Positions 32,474-42,952 of a DNA stretch of 64,000 nt are shown in pieces (the stretch's first letter is position 1; each line of letters begins with the position of its first letter). Where the stretch lies: NCBI GenBank assembly GCA_964228555.1, contig CAXQZU010000036.1:39867-103866 (forward strand), in the 5' to 3' direction. This stretch comes from Planctomycetota bacterium. Its GTDB lineage: Bacteria; Planctomycetota; PLA2; JAEUHO01. Made by a program: the position numbers and the translations under genes. Under the pieces are notes generated by a model that was not told the origin of the DNA, made no database searches, and saw nothing but the letters and a program-made list of their open reading frames with translations.

Positions 32474-33379
32474 CTAGCGCGGCGCGGGCAGGCCGCCCAG
32501 CCGCACGAGCCCGGGCGGCGGGGCGCGCAAGGGCTCCTGCAGGCTGCCGCTGCGATAGCCCTCGAGGTCCAGCGCCACGAAGGCGAACCCCTGCGCCTTG
32601 AGGGCGGCCACGGCGCGCTCGCGCAGGCCGGGCTCCAGCAGGCGGGGCAGGTCCTCCGCCGGCACCTCGATGCGTGCCACCGGGTCATGGACGCGCACGC
32701 GCACCGAGCGCAGCCCGAGGTCCTTGAGGGCCGGCTCGCAGGCCGCCACGCGCACGAGGCCCTCGGGCGTCACCTCGGTGCCGTGCGGGAACCGGCTGGA
32801 GAGGCAGGCCTCGGCGGGCTTGTCCCAGGTGGGCAGCCCGCGCTGGCGGCTCAGCTCGCGGACCAGGTCCTTGCCGATGCCGCACTCCAGCAGCGGCGAG
32901 CGCACGCCGTGCCGGAGGCCCGCAGCGTGGCCCGGCCGGTGGCCATCGAGGTCGTCGGCATTCGTGCCATCCAGCACCAGCGCGAGGCCCCGCTGGGCGG
33001 CCACCCTCGACAGCTCGCCGTAGAGCGCGTCCTTGCAGTGGAAGCAGCGGTCCGGCGCGTTGCGCCGGAAGGCCTCGAGGTCCAGCTCGCTCCCAGCCAG
33101 CACCTCGTGCTCCACGCCGGCCGCCTCGGCCTGCGCCCGCGCGGCGTCCAGCTCGCCGGGAGGCAGGCTCTCGGAGCGGCTGGTGACCGCCAGCAGGCGC
33201 TGGGGGCCGAGCACGCGGGCGCAGGCGTCCAGCAGGAAGGCACTGTCGGCGCCGCCACTGGCGGCAATCACGGCCCCGCCCTGTCCATGGCGCTGCAGCC
33301 ATGCGCACAGCCGTGCCTGTGCGTCGGCGGCGTCCGAGGCCCGGGCCGGTGCTGTACCGCCTGCCACCGTCATGCGCAC
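32474..33379 (-). CDS. PP-loop ATPase of the LarE / TIGR00268 family (ATP-dependent sacrificial sulfur transferase-like)
   Basis: AVIAASGGADSAFLLDA (SGGxDS PP-loop)...CFHCKDALYGEL...conserved Cys-rich core. The ORF starts at a GTG at 33379. An ATG two codons in (33373) is an alternative. Confidence 0.75.
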   Translation of the reverse strand: MRMTVAGGTAPARASDAADAQARLCAWLQRHGQGGAVIAASGGADSAFLLDACARVLGPQRLLAVTSRSESLPPGELDAARAQAEAAGVEHEVLAGSELDLEAFRRNAPDRCFHCKDALYGELSRVAAQRGLALVLDGTNADDLDGHRPGHAAGLRHGVRSPLLECGIGKDLVRELSRQRGLPTWDKPAEACLSSRFPHGTEVTPEGLVRVAACEPALKDLGLRSVRVRVHDPVARIEVPAEDLPRLLEPGLRERAVAALKAQGFAFVALDLEGYRSGSLQEPLRAPPPGLVRLGGLPAPR

Positions 33380-33406
33380 GCCTCCCAGCGCAGCCCCACC
33401 AAGCGG

Positions 33407-33437
33407 GAGGCCCGCCCGCCGTGGGCGGACGGGCCTC
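33407..33437. terminator. Imperfect GC hairpin downstream of the lipoprotein gene
   Basis: GAGGCCCGCCCGC-cgt-GGGCGGACGGGCCTC. The 8+4 bp stem with one mismatch sits about 50 nt beyond the stop at 33486 on the minus strand. Confidence 0.25.
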
Positions 33438-33485
33438 GCAGGGCCTCGAGGGCCAGCGTGGGGAGCGCTCCTGCTGGTCGCGCTC

Positions 33486-36269
33486 CTACTGGTCGTAGGT
33501 GTAGCGGATCGTCCACTGGTCCAGGATCGGGCCCGGATCGAAGGGCCCGAAGCCGTTGGGCAGGTAGAACGTGATGCGCAGCTGCACGAACTCGCGCGTG
33601 TTCAGGTTGCTGAAGCCCGCACCCGAGTTACCCGACGGCAGCACGGCGATGTCGCTCGCCGGCGGGTTGGCGTTGGCCACCCAGTTCGGCGCACTGCCGA
33701 CGCCGCTGTCCGTGAAGTAGCCCACCGTGAACCAGCCCGTCGGGGCGGCCGAGTTGTAGGCACCGTCGGTGCGCAGGTTGTAGCCACGCGCCTCGATCAG
33801 CATCAGGGTCTTGCCGGCACCGCGCGACGCACCCGAGGGCAGCTCGGCGAGGAAGTCCCCGGTGACGGCCGTGATGAAGCTGGGGTTGGCCGGCGAGCAG
33901 AAGAACACGTCGGAGACGATCTGGGGCTCGAGGCCACCGCCCTGGAAGCGGGCCGCGTTGAACACGCCGCGGTAGAAGCCGGTCTGGCCCTCGCCGGGGA
34001 TCAGGGTCGTGACGGCACCCTGGCCCGTGATGATCGAGTCACCATCCTCCATCACCACGCGGCCCAGGCCACCCTGGCCGCCGTTGTTGATCGTCGCGCC
34101 GCCCGCCGTGGGCTGCGCGCCGCCGCCACCGGGCCCGCCCGCTGCCGTGATCACGCCGCCCGTGATGTCGATGCGGTTGGGCGTGAGCAGGCGGATGCCG
34201 CCACCCGCGCCACCGCCCGCGCCGCCCGAGCCGTTGTAGAAGCCGGCCGCACCCGAGCCACCGCGACCGCCCGAGGCATCGACGGTGCCGAAGATGTTGA
34301 TGTCAGCCGAGGAGGTGATGTCCACGGCACCGCCGCCACCACCGCCACCGGCGCCCGTGGCACCGTTGCCGAAGGTGCCCATGTCGTTGGCACCCGAGCC
34401 GCCGCCGCCGCCACCCGCGGTCAGCGTGGGCATCGTGTCGCCACCCATCGCCGGGTAGGCCGCGCCGCCCGTGCCACGAGCCGTGGCCTTGAAGGGGTTG
34501 GTCGAACGCGCGACCGAGCCACCCGCCGTGCCCGCGGCCGCGTGGCCACCACCGCCACCACCGTTGGAGTTGCCGCCGTTGGTGAAGGTGCTCGTCGAGG
34601 CGCTCGCGCCGCCCAGGCCGGCGCCCACGCCACCCAGCACGCCGTAGCCGGAGGTGGACCCGAAGGCCGAGGCACCGTCGGTGGCGTAGTTGGCGGAGTT
34701 GTTCAGGCCGGGGGCTGCGCCACCGCCACCGCCGCCGCTGTACCCCACGCCGCCGGACACGCCGGTCGTGGTGTTGGTCGAGGCACCCGTGCCGATGTTG
34801 GTCAGCGTGCTGCCCAGGCCATCACCGCGCGCCAGGATGCGGCCGCCCGCCTCCACCGTCGCGGCGCCCTGCACCAGGATGATGGCCGGGTTGACGCCGA
34901 TGATGCGCACGGTGCGGCCTGCACGGATGCGCATCGTGCGGAACTCCCACACCACCGCACGGCTGCCGTCCGTGACGTTGTTGCAGGTGTTGATGCTCAG
35001 GCCCGTGTCCAGGCGGATGTCCGCGTTGGGATCCAGGTCGTCCTTGACGCCGTCGTTGGCCTGGCGGGGCGTGGTGCAGGCCGAGGGCTGGTTGGGCAGC
35101 GAGGGCAGCAGCTGGTTGCCGCCGTTGTCACCGTCGCCGGCGAACAGCATCCAGCCCTGCGCCCGGCCCGGCGAGCGCGAGGTGTTGACGTCGCCGGTCG
35201 AGAGGTCGCCCAGCACGTTGGGCGATCCCGCCTCGAAGGTCAGCGTCTTCGAGCCGGTCTGCGTGGCCAGGTTCTGGGTCGTGAACGCGACCGTGACCGG
35301 GATCAGCGACGAGCCGGCGAGGTCACGCAGGCCGAAGGTCAGCTCCAGCACGCACAGGGCGTTCTCGGGGAAGCGGCCGAACTCGGGCGTGACGCGCAGG
35401 CGCGTCTGCGTGAAGTCCTGCTCCAGCGTCAGCACCGCACGGATGCGCTGCGGGTCGCTGAAGAGGTTGGTCTCGCCCGCGTCGATCGGGCCCCACGAGA
35501 AGGGGTTGCCGGTGTCCTGGTCCGCCGCCGGCGTGAACCCCGTCTGGCGTCCAGAGATCGGCTCCACGTTGAACACGGTGGGGCTGCCGCGCTGGTACTC
35601 GAAGAAGCGCACGGTGGTGTCGCTGACCGTGCACGGATCGATGTTCTCGCTGAAGGTCAGCACCATGTCGTTGCCGTCCAGCACCGGCACGGCGGCGGTG
35701 CCGTTGAGGCTGAGCGTGCCCTCGTTGACGGCACTGACGAGGAAGGGCTGCTGGGCAGGGATGCCGTCGCGCCACAGGGGGGCGCTGGGGCTGTCCGCAC
35801 GCGTGCGGAACTCGAAGTTCATCGTGCGGCGCAGGGGCTGGCCCACCGAGTTGCGGATGGGGAACTGCTCGGGGTAGCCCACCAGCGTGATGCGGTACTG
35901 GATGTCGGGCTGGAAGCCCGAGTCCGACAGGTCGCAGAGCCCGGGCAGCTGGGGGTAGAACAGCACCGTCGAGCCGCTCACGGCCATCTGGCCGGGCACC
36001 GCCTGCCCGAAGCCGGGGCCGCGGCGCACCTGCAGCGTGGACACGTTCACGGTGGCCGCGTCCACTTCCTCGCTGAAGCGGAACTCGAGCACCTCGTTGA
36101 GCGGCAGGTTGCCCACGCCGTTCTGGATGAACGTGACGAGCTGCAGGCCCTGGCCCGCGCCGTCCGGGCCGGGCCCACCACCGCCGCCACCGCACGCCGG
36201 GAGGGCGATGGAGACGAGGGCCGCCACGGCGAGTGCGAGGCGGCGAGCGAGGAGACGCGACTGGCGCAT
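33486..36269 (-). CDS. Large Gly-rich lipoprotein, about 927 aa. The lipoprotein signal peptide leads to an Ig-like N-terminal region, long poly-Gly/Ser/Thr/Ala tracts and a C-terminal beta-rich domain.
   Basis: [32 protein letters not shown] has a Lys/Arg n-region, a hydrophobic core and an L-P-A-C lipobox. The ORF extends further 5' in an R/G/P-rich stretch that I take to be non-coding. Central region of [10 protein letters not shown] / [10 protein letters not shown] / GAGGGGGGGA tracts. The start coordinate is uncertain by 1 nt. Confidence 0.7.
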   Translation of the reverse strand: MRQSRLLARRLALAVAALVSIALPACGGGGGGPGPDGAGQGLQLVTFIQNGVGNLPLNEVLEFRFSEEVDAATVNVSTLQVRRGPGFGQAVPGQMAVSGSTVLFYPQLPGLCDLSDSGFQPDIQYRITLVGYPEQFPIRNSVGQPLRRTMNFEFRTRADSPSAPLWRDGIPAQQPFLVSAVNEGTLSLNGTAAVPVLDGNDMVLTFSENIDPCTVSDTTVRFFEYQRGSPTVFNVEPISGRQTGFTPAADQDTGNPFSWGPIDAGETNLFSDPQRIRAVLTLEQDFTQTRLRVTPEFGRFPENALCVLELTFGLRDLAGSSLIPVTVAFTTQNLATQTGSKTLTFEAGSPNVLGDLSTGDVNTSRSPGRAQGWMLFAGDGDNGGNQLLPSLPNQPSACTTPRQANDGVKDDLDPNADIRLDTGLSINTCNNVTDGSRAVVWEFRTMRIRAGRTVRIIGVNPAIILVQGAATVEAGGRILARGDGLGSTLTNIGTGASTNTTTGVSGGVGYSGGGGGGAAPGLNNSANYATDGASAFGSTSGYGVLGGVGAGLGGASASTSTFTNGGNSNGGGGGGHAAAGTAGGSVARSTNPFKATARGTGGAAYPAMGGDTMPTLTAGGGGGGSGANDMGTFGNGATGAGGGGGGGAVDITSSADINIFGTVDASGGRGGSGAAGFYNGSGGAGGGAGGGIRLLTPNRIDITGGVITAAGGPGGGGAQPTAGGATINNGGQGGLGRVVMEDGDSIITGQGAVTTLIPGEGQTGFYRGVFNAARFQGGGLEPQIVSDVFFCSPANPSFITAVTGDFLAELPSGASRGAGKTLMLIEARGYNLRTDGAYNSAAPTGWFTVGYFTDSGVGSAPNWVANANPPASDIAVLPSGNSGAGFSNLNTREFVQLRITFYLPNGFGPFDPGPILDQWTIRYTYDQ

Positions 36270-36545
36270 GGAGATGCTCCGGAGGATGCGACACGCTGGC
36301 AGGCAAAGCCCGTTCCCTGTCACGCGGCCGCGTGACGGGGCCCGGCCGCGAGAGCCTGCCCGGCGCTTGGGCCGCATGCTAGCGCCCGGGGGGCCGCGTT
36401 GCACGCCCCTTTCCGGCGCGCCCGCCCAGCCCGCAAGCCGCTCCCGGGACCGAGGATCCAAGGCCGTCAGGGCCCAGGCGTGCCCGAACGCCCCCCGGCC
36501 GTGCGGAAGCGCACGCACCCCGGGAGAACGGCGCGGGGCGGCGCA

Positions 36546-36565
36546 ATTGTTCGCGTATTGTTCGC
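36546..36565. promoter_or_regulatory. AT-richer island with a tandem direct repeat ATTGTTCGC-gt-ATTGTTCGC
   Basis: caATTGTTCGCgtATTGTTCGCtat sits in an otherwise about 75% GC context, at the 3' end of the TPR gene and in the 5' region of the lipoprotein gene. Confidence 0.3.
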
Positions 36566-38226
36566 TATCCCTCGACACCCGGGCCAGCCTGCCAGCCCTC
36601 CAGGGTGCGAGCCAGCCGCTCCTGGTCGAGGGCCGAGGCCGGCTCGCCCCCGGCGCGCAAGGCCGAGGCCAGCACCCGGTAGCCGTGGGGATCGGACGGC
36701 GCGGCCAGCACGTAGCGCCTCAGCAGGAGCACCGCCTGCGGCAGGTCGCCCGCCGCAAGGCAGGCGGCCCCGAGATCGCGCACCACCTCGTCATGGGGCG
36801 CCGCGCTGCGCACGGCCACGCGGCCGGCCGCCATGGCCTGCCGCGGCCGGCCCCGCGCCAGCAGCCAGCGCACCAGCAGCGCCAGGGCCTGCGGATGGCG
36901 CGACGAGCAGCGCAGCGCCGCGCGCAGCCGCGAGCGCGCCGTGCCCGCCTGCCCTGCGTCCAGGGCCAGCTCGGCGGCCGCAGCCCACAGGTCGGCGCTC
37001 TGGGGCTGGCTGGCCAGCGCGCGCAGCAGGCCGCGCTCCGCCGGCACGGCCCGCCCACGCGCGCACTGCGCTGCGGCGAGATCCAGCGCCAGCGGGACGG
37101 AACGCGGGTTGCGCATGCATGCGCAAGCCAAGGTCCTGGCCGCCGCGCGAGCCCGCCCGCTGCGCGCGAGGGCGCGCGCCAGCACGCGCGGCACGTCCTC
37201 GTCATCCGGGTCCAGGCGCAGGGCACGGCGCAGCACGGCCACGGCGCGGCCGGCCTCGCCCTGCTCGAGCAGGTGCTCGCCCAGGTGCAGCCACGCGCGC
37301 GGCGCGTCGGGCTGCGCCTCGGCAAGCGCCTCCAGCAAGGCACTGGCGTCCTGCCCGCGCCCCAGCGCACGCAGCACGGGCGCGCAGGCGCCCACCACGT
37401 CGGGATCGTGGGGATGCCCCTCCAGCACGGGCAGCAGCCTGTTCCAGCCCGCTTCGGGCTCGCCCTGCTCGCACAGCGTGTGGGCCAGGCAGAGGCTGGC
37501 CTCGAGGTGGCCCGGGTCAGCCTCCAGCGCGACGCGCAGCCGCGCCGCTGCCTCGGCCAGCCGTCCCTGCTGGCGCTCCAGCTGCGCCAGCCCGAAGGCT
37601 GCATCCGCCCGCACCGGTCCCGCCAGGGCTCGCAGGTAGCAAGCGCGAGCCTCGTCGATGCGATGCAGGGCCTCGAGGCAGCGGGCCCGGCCCAGGTCCA
37701 GCTCGGGATGGCCGGGCTCCTCCCGCTCCACCTCGCCCCACAGGGCCAGCGACTCGCCCGGCCGCCCGGCCACCCAGCAGGCCAGCGCCATGTGCCGCAG
37801 GGCGTGGACGCACTGCGGGTCGAGGCGCCGGGCCTCCAGCGCGTGCGCGCGCGCCTCCGACAGCTGGCCCAGCAGCGCGTGGCAGTGCGCCAGGTGGCAG
37901 TGCGCCTCCTCGCAGGAGGCATCCAGCGCCACGGCGCGCTCGAGGGCGGCGATGGCGCGCTCGACCTGGCCCAGCCTGCCGTGCACCAGGCCCAGGCCCA
38001 CCCACGGGGCAGCCGAGGCGGGGCTGCGCTGGGCCGCCTTGCGGTAGCGCGCCAGCGCGGCCTCCGGGCGGTCGGCCTCCAGGTGGCAGTGCCCGAGGTA
38101 GAGGTCGATGCGAGGGCTCTGCACGCCCTTGCGGTCCAGGCTGCGCAGCATCGCACGCGCGGCCTCGAGGTCGCCCTCCTCGAAACGCTCCACCGCCTTG
38201 CGCAGCCGCTGGTCGGCGTCGAACAT
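36565..38226 (-). CDS. TPR-repeat protein (553 aa)
   Basis: [27 protein letters not shown]... carries many 34-aa TPR-like units (for example [44 protein letters not shown]). The ATG is at 38224-26. The longer ORF upstream of it lies antisense to fusA and I take it to be spurious. Confidence 0.75.
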   Translation of the reverse strand: MFDADQRLRKAVERFEEGDLEAARAMLRSLDRKGVQSPRIDLYLGHCHLEADRPEAALARYRKAAQRSPASAAPWVGLGLVHGRLGQVERAIAALERAVALDASCEEAHCHLAHCHALLGQLSEARAHALEARRLDPQCVHALRHMALACWVAGRPGESLALWGEVEREEPGHPELDLGRARCLEALHRIDEARACYLRALAGPVRADAAFGLAQLERQQGRLAEAAARLRVALEADPGHLEASLCLAHTLCEQGEPEAGWNRLLPVLEGHPHDPDVVGACAPVLRALGRGQDASALLEALAEAQPDAPRAWLHLGEHLLEQGEAGRAVAVLRRALRLDPDDEDVPRVLARALARSGRARAAARTLACACMRNPRSVPLALDLAAAQCARGRAVPAERGLLRALASQPQSADLWAAAAELALDAGQAGTARSRLRAALRCSSRHPQALALLVRWLLARGRPRQAMAAGRVAVRSAAPHDEVVRDLGAACLAAGDLPQAVLLLRRYVLAAPSDPHGYRVLASALRAGGEPASALDQERLARTLEGWQAGPGVEG

Positions 38227-38481
38227 GGCGCGCGGGGACCTCCGGCCGGGCAGTCTCGCCCGGCGCGGGGACACGGAGCGCCCTGCGCGGCGGGCGGGAC
38301 CACCACGCGCAGGCCCGGCATGGCGCGCCTCGCTGGCCGCAGAGTTGGCCCCGGCCGGGTTTCGCCCTACCGTCGGTGGTTTCCTGCCGTCCGGCGCCTG
38401 CCGGCGGCCCAGCCCGGAGCGCTTCCCATGGCCACGCCCAGCACCCCCTCCAGCGCCGGCAGCGACGCCCAGGAGCAGATC

Positions 38482-40593
38482 ATGATCCCGTGGCCCGAGG
38501 CCAAGCGCAACCCGCTGGCCGACGTGCGCAACTTCGGGATCATGGCCCACATCGACGCGGGCAAGACCACCGTCACCGAGCGCATCCTCTTCTACACCGG
38601 CCGCATCCACAAGACGGGCGAGGTGCACGAGGGCGGCGCGACGATGGACCACATGCCCGAGGAGCGCGAGCGCGGCATCACGATCACCAGCGCCGCGACC
38701 AACTGCTACTGGAAGGGCGTGCGCCTCAACATCATCGACACGCCCGGGCACGTGGACTTCACGGCCGAGGTGGAGCGCAGCCTGCGCGTGCTGGACGGCG
38801 CCGTGGCCGTGTTCGACGCCAAGGAGGGCGTGGAGCCGCAGTCGGAGACCGTGTGGCGCCAGGCCAACAAGTACAACGTGCCGCGCCTCGCCTTCGTCAA
38901 CAAGATGGACAAGGCCGGCGCCGACTTCGACATGTGCGTGCGCATGATGCGCGACCGCCTGGGCGCCAAGGCCTTCCCCATCCAGTACCCGCTGGGCCAG
39001 AGCGACACCTTCAAGGGCGTCGTGGACGTGCTGGAGAACATCGCCGTCTACTACGACGAGGAGAGCCAGGGCAAGCGCTGGACCACCGCCGAGGTGCCCG
39101 CCGAGCTCAAGGAGCGCATCGAGGGCCTGCGCCGCGAGCTGGTCGAGGCGGCTGCCGAGATGGACGACTCGCTCCTGGAGCGCTACCTGGCCGGCGAGGA
39201 GCTGCACCGGGCCGAGCTGATGCCGGCCATCCGCAAGGGCGTGCTGCAGGGCAAGATCGTGCCGGTGCTGTGCGGCGCCGCGCTGCGCAACAAGGGCGTG
39301 CAGCGCCTGCTGGACGCCGTGTGCTGGTTCCTGCCCTGCCCGCTGGACATCAAGGACATCACGGGCTCGGATCCCGACACGAAGGAGCCGCGCGTGGTCC
39401 AGCCGGACCCCAACGGCATCCTGGCCGCGCTGGCCTTCAAGACGGTCAGCGACAAGAACGGCGACCTCTACTTCGTGCGCGTCTACAGCGGCAAGCTCGA
39501 GCAGGGCATGCAGGTCTACAACGCCACGCGCCGCAAGAAGGAGCGCATCGGCCGCCTCATGGTGATGCACGCCACCGAGCGCGAGGCGGTGGAGGTGCTG
39601 ACCGCCGGCCAGATCGGCGCGGTGGTCGGCTTCAAGGACACCTACACGGGCGACACGCTGTGCCAGAAGGAAGACGCGATCTTCCTCGAGCCGCCGCAGT
39701 TCCCGGCCACGGTGATCTCGATGTCGATCAACCCGGCCAGCCGCGCCGACCGCGACAAGCTGGGCGAGGCGCTGCAGAAGCTCTCGCGCGAGGACCCCAC
39801 CTTCGCCACCTTCACGGACGACGAGACGGGCGAGACCATCATCTCGGGCATGGGCGAGCTGCACCTGGACATCATCTGCAGCCGCCTCAAGCGCGAGTTC
39901 GGCGTGGCCTGCGAGACGGGCAAGCCCAAGGTGGCCTACCGCCAGACCTTCGCCCGCAACATCGATGTCGAGGGCCGTCACGTCAAGCAGTCGGGCGGTC
40001 GCGGCCAGTTCGGCGTCGTGCGCATCCGCTTCTCGCAGATCGAGGACACGGCCAACACCTTCGAGAGCTCCATCGTGGGCGGCTCGGTGCCCAAGGAGTA
40101 CGTGCCGGCCATCGAGAAGGGCCTGGACGCTGCCTACGTCGAGGGCTACCCGCTGGGCTTCCCCTTCGTGAAGGTGGCCGCCGACCTCTACGACGGCAAG
40201 TACCACGACGTGGACTCGTCGGAGATGGCGTTCAAGGAGGCCGCACGCCTCGCCGTGCGCGAGGCCACCGAGAAGGCGGGCATCACCATCCTCGAGCCCT
40301 GGATGCGCATCACCGTGACGGCGCCCGAGGTCAACCTCGGCGACGTGCTCGGCAGCCTCAACCAGCGCCGCGGCATGATCGAGAAGACCGAGAAGGGCGG
40401 CGGCGACGCGGTGCGCATCTACGGCGTGGTGCCGCTGGCCGAGATGTTCCGCTACTCCGAGGCGCTGCGCGGCATGTCGCAGGGCCGTGGCGTGTACTCG
40501 ATGGAGCCCTTCGAGTACCGCGGCGTGCCCATGAGCGTGGCCGAGAAGATCCGCAAGGAAGTGGAGGCCGAGAAGGCCAAGCGCGGCAAGTAG
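38482..40593 (+). CDS. fusA: Elongation factor G paralog (EF-G-like translational GTPase, about 703 aa)
   Basis: [24 protein letters not shown]...[23 protein letters not shown]...NKMDK...[18 protein letters not shown]... gives the full G domain and domains II-V. I chose the ATG at 38482 because AGGAG lies 6 nt upstream. An in-frame ATG at 38428 is an alternative. The gene is not within an rpsL-rpsG-fusA-tuf context. Confidence 0.85.
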   Translation: MIPWPEAKRNPLADVRNFGIMAHIDAGKTTVTERILFYTGRIHKTGEVHEGGATMDHMPEERERGITITSAATNCYWKGVRLNIIDTPGHVDFTAEVERSLRVLDGAVAVFDAKEGVEPQSETVWRQANKYNVPRLAFVNKMDKAGADFDMCVRMMRDRLGAKAFPIQYPLGQSDTFKGVVDVLENIAVYYDEESQGKRWTTAEVPAELKERIEGLRRELVEAAAEMDDSLLERYLAGEELHRAELMPAIRKGVLQGKIVPVLCGAALRNKGVQRLLDAVCWFLPCPLDIKDITGSDPDTKEPRVVQPDPNGILAALAFKTVSDKNGDLYFVRVYSGKLEQGMQVYNATRRKKERIGRLMVMHATEREAVEVLTAGQIGAVVGFKDTYTGDTLCQKEDAIFLEPPQFPATVISMSINPASRADRDKLGEALQKLSREDPTFATFTDDETGETIISGMGELHLDIICSRLKREFGVACETGKPKVAYRQTFARNIDVEGRHVKQSGGRGQFGVVRIRFSQIEDTANTFESSIVGGSVPKEYVPAIEKGLDAAYVEGYPLGFPFVKVAADLYDGKYHDVDSSEMAFKEAARLAVREATEKAGITILEPWMRITVTAPEVNLGDVLGSLNQRRGMIEKTEKGGGDAVRIYGVVPLAEMFRYSEALRGMSQGRGVYSMEPFEYRGVPMSVAEKIRKEVEAEKAKRGK

Positions 40594-40616
40594 CCGGCCG
40601 CCTCTGGGCACCTCCT

Positions 40617-40648
40617 GCGGGCCGCGGGCGCATGCGCCTGCGGCCCGC
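40617..40648. terminator. 32-bp near-perfect palindrome, a candidate bidirectional terminator between convergent fusA-like and HEAT genes
   Basis: GCGGGCCGCGGGCGCATGCGCCTGCGGCCCGC has both arms complementary except for one G/T position, which is wobble-compatible in RNA. It lies 24 nt after the fusA TAG. Confidence 0.4.
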
Positions 40649-40704
40649 TTCATGCCCGCCGGCGCCGCGCGCCGCCCGGGCCATCCCGGTCAGGGGCATC
40701 CCGG

Positions 40705-42867
40705 TCAGAGGATGGTGACCAGCTCGGCCAGTGCGTCCGTACGGGCGCTGTAGGGCAGGTCGCGCGTGATGCGCAGCAGGCTGGGACGGGGCTCCGGGTC
40801 CAGCAGCAGGCCCAGCGCCACCACCGCCAGCGCGCGCACGGGCTCGCTGCGGTCCTCGTCGGCAGCCAGCTGCGCCAGCCCGGGCACGGCGCCCAGGTCG
40901 CCCAGCCGGCCCAGCGCCGCGGCCGCCTGTGCGCGCACGTGCTCGCTGGCGAGGTCATCCGCGGCCTCGCGCAGCAGCAGGGGCAGCGCCTCGCGGGCGC
41001 GCAGCGTGGCCAGCGCCTGGGCCGCATGGGCACGCAGGTCGGCCTCGTGCCGGACGCCCAGCGCCAGCACCACCGCCTGCACGGCCTCGGGAGCCGTCGG
41101 CTGCAGCAGGGCCAGCGCCAGCGCGCCGTGCCCACGCAGCAGGGCCGGCGCATCGCGGTCGCCGACGACCCCGACCAGCGGCGCCACGGCCTCGGCGGCA
41201 GGCAGCAGGCCCAGCGCCAGGGCGTGGGCCGCGCGTACCGCCGGGTCCTCGCGCCCCTGCTCCAGGCCCGCGCGCAAGCGAGCCCGCGCGCGCCGGCCCC
41301 AGGCCTCGGGCGCGGCGCGGCCACGGCCGGCCAGCCCCACGGCCAGCACCGCGTAGCCGCGCTCGATGCCGCGTGCGCGGTCCACGCCGCCCAGCACCTG
41401 CTCGAGGCCCGAGGAGACCAGCAGCAGGCTGCCGGGTGCGTCCAGGTCCTCGCCCAGCACGCGCCCCATCGCGAGGCGCAGCAGGCCGCGCGTCCACGGG
41501 TCGGCCTGCCCCTCGAGGGCGCCCGCGAGCCCGCTGAAGAGGCCTGCTCGCGGCTCCGGCTCGAGGGCCGCCGCCAGCGCGGGGGCCACGAGGGCGGCCG
41601 CGCGCACGACCTCCTCGCTCTGGCCGCGCCGCTGCAGCGCGCGCAGCAGGTCGGCCTGCGCGGGGCCCGGTGCCAGCCGCGCGAGGCAGGCCAGCGCGTG
41701 CGCGCGCTCCAGGGCAGACCACTCGCGGCCGAAGGCCTGCCGTCCCACGAGGATGCTGCGCAGGCCGTCGCGCACCGGTTCCAGCAGCGACTGTGGAGGC
41801 TGGTGCGAGAGCGCCAGCAGCAGGGCCACGGGCAGCTCGCGGCTGGCCCTTGGCATGGCCATGCGCGACCACAGGGTGCGCACCCACGCCGAGGCGCCCT
41901 GCTCGCCGGCCTCGAGGAAGGGCTGGTCGCCCAGCAGGCCCAGCGAGAACACCGCGAAGCAGCGGGTGCGCATGGGCGCGCCGTCGTCGTCGGCCACCGT
42001 CAGCGCCACCTCGCGCAGCCGCTCCACCTCCAGCGCGGGCAGGCGCGCGGCGGGGTCGCTGCGGCGGAACAGGCCCAGGGCCAGCGCCGCCGACTCGCGC
42101 ACCAGCGCGGGCGCGCCGGCGTCACGCACGGCCTGCACGACGCAGGCGCGCGCCGACGGGGCCGTGCTGATGCGGGCCAGCGCCAGCAGCGCCGAGCCGC
42201 GCACGTCCTCCAGCGCCCCTGCCGTGCTGGCCAGGCGCTCCAGCAAGGGCACCACGGCCTGTCGCGCCAGCGCCGCCTGCTGCGCCTCCAACTGCTCGCG
42301 CGCCACGTCGGGCGCGTTGCCTGCCGGGGTCACCGCGGCGCCCGCCATGCCCCACTGCCGCGGCGGCAGCCACGCGCCGCCCACGATGCGCCACCACACC
42401 GGCCAGTCCTGGACCGAGCCGCCGGCCGCCGAGGTGGCCGGTCGCCGTCCCAGGCCCATGAGCCCGGCGCGCGGGTTGGGACGCAGGCTCGAGGGACGGG
42501 TGGGCAGGGTCTCGGCCACGCCGGGCGGGCCGGCCGCAGGCCCGGTGACGGGCGGTACCGGCACGGCAGGCGCCGGCGTCACGGGCGGCTTCTCCTGGGG
42601 CGGGATGCTCACCGGCGGCGGGGCCACCACCGGGGGCCGGGGCGGCTGGGGGTCGGCCGGAGGGCGCGGCACCGGGCCCGGATCGGGGGGCGGCAGCGGG
42701 GCACCGCCGTGCGCATGTGCGCGAGCACCCAGCCCCAGGCACCCCGCCGTGGCCAGCACCGTGGCGGGCAGCAGGCCGAGCGCCGCCTCCAGCACGGCGG
42801 CCAGCAGCAACGGGCGCAGCAGGCGCGCGGGCAGCCGTGGGCCGCGGGGGGCAGGGGTCAGGCGCAT
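40705..42867 (-). CDS. Membrane-anchored HEAT / PBS-lyase-like repeat protein with a Pro-rich linker (720 aa)
   Basis: MRLTPAPRGPRLPARLLRPLLLAAVLEAALGLL (signal anchor), then PPPDPGPVPRPPADPQPPRPPVVAPPPVSIPP, then many helical repeats with the ...VRxxAAxALGxLGD... pattern of HEAT/PBS-lyase repeats. Confidence 0.65.
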   Translation of the reverse strand: MRLTPAPRGPRLPARLLRPLLLAAVLEAALGLLPATVLATAGCLGLGARAHAHGGAPLPPPDPGPVPRPPADPQPPRPPVVAPPPVSIPPQEKPPVTPAPAVPVPPVTGPAAGPPGVAETLPTRPSSLRPNPRAGLMGLGRRPATSAAGGSVQDWPVWWRIVGGAWLPPRQWGMAGAAVTPAGNAPDVAREQLEAQQAALARQAVVPLLERLASTAGALEDVRGSALLALARISTAPSARACVVQAVRDAGAPALVRESAALALGLFRRSDPAARLPALEVERLREVALTVADDDGAPMRTRCFAVFSLGLLGDQPFLEAGEQGASAWVRTLWSRMAMPRASRELPVALLLALSHQPPQSLLEPVRDGLRSILVGRQAFGREWSALERAHALACLARLAPGPAQADLLRALQRRGQSEEVVRAAALVAPALAAALEPEPRAGLFSGLAGALEGQADPWTRGLLRLAMGRVLGEDLDAPGSLLLVSSGLEQVLGGVDRARGIERGYAVLAVGLAGRGRAAPEAWGRRARARLRAGLEQGREDPAVRAAHALALGLLPAAEAVAPLVGVVGDRDAPALLRGHGALALALLQPTAPEAVQAVVLALGVRHEADLRAHAAQALATLRAREALPLLLREAADDLASEHVRAQAAAALGRLGDLGAVPGLAQLAADEDRSEPVRALAVVALGLLLDPEPRPSLLRITRDLPYSARTDALAELVTIL

Positions 42868-42952
42868 GGCCGCCCCCATGGCACGCGGCGTGCCAACCTG
42901 CACACAGCGGTGGCCACGGCCACGCGGGCTGATGGCCGCGCCCACGCCGGGC

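Noticed and set aside
34000-34800. GGC/GCC-rich repetitive DNA in the lipoprotein gene, considered as a possible CRISPR or tandem repeat array
   Set aside because: There are no regular repeat/spacer units. It is codon-level repetition encoding poly-Gly/Ala/Ser tracts.
36270-36578. Extension of the lipoprotein ORF back to a GTG at 36578 (an extra 103 aa)
   Set aside because: The extra region is R/G/P-rich with no signal-peptide features. A perfect lipoprotein signal peptide begins at the internal Met ([26 protein letters not shown]), so the upstream part is taken as 5'-UTR.
38227-40653. Upper part of the 1362-aa minus ORF 36565..40653, antisense to fusA
   Set aside because: The real TPR gene starts at the ATG at 38224-26. 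Everything 5' of that is antisense to a canonical EF-G and has spurious-ORF composition.
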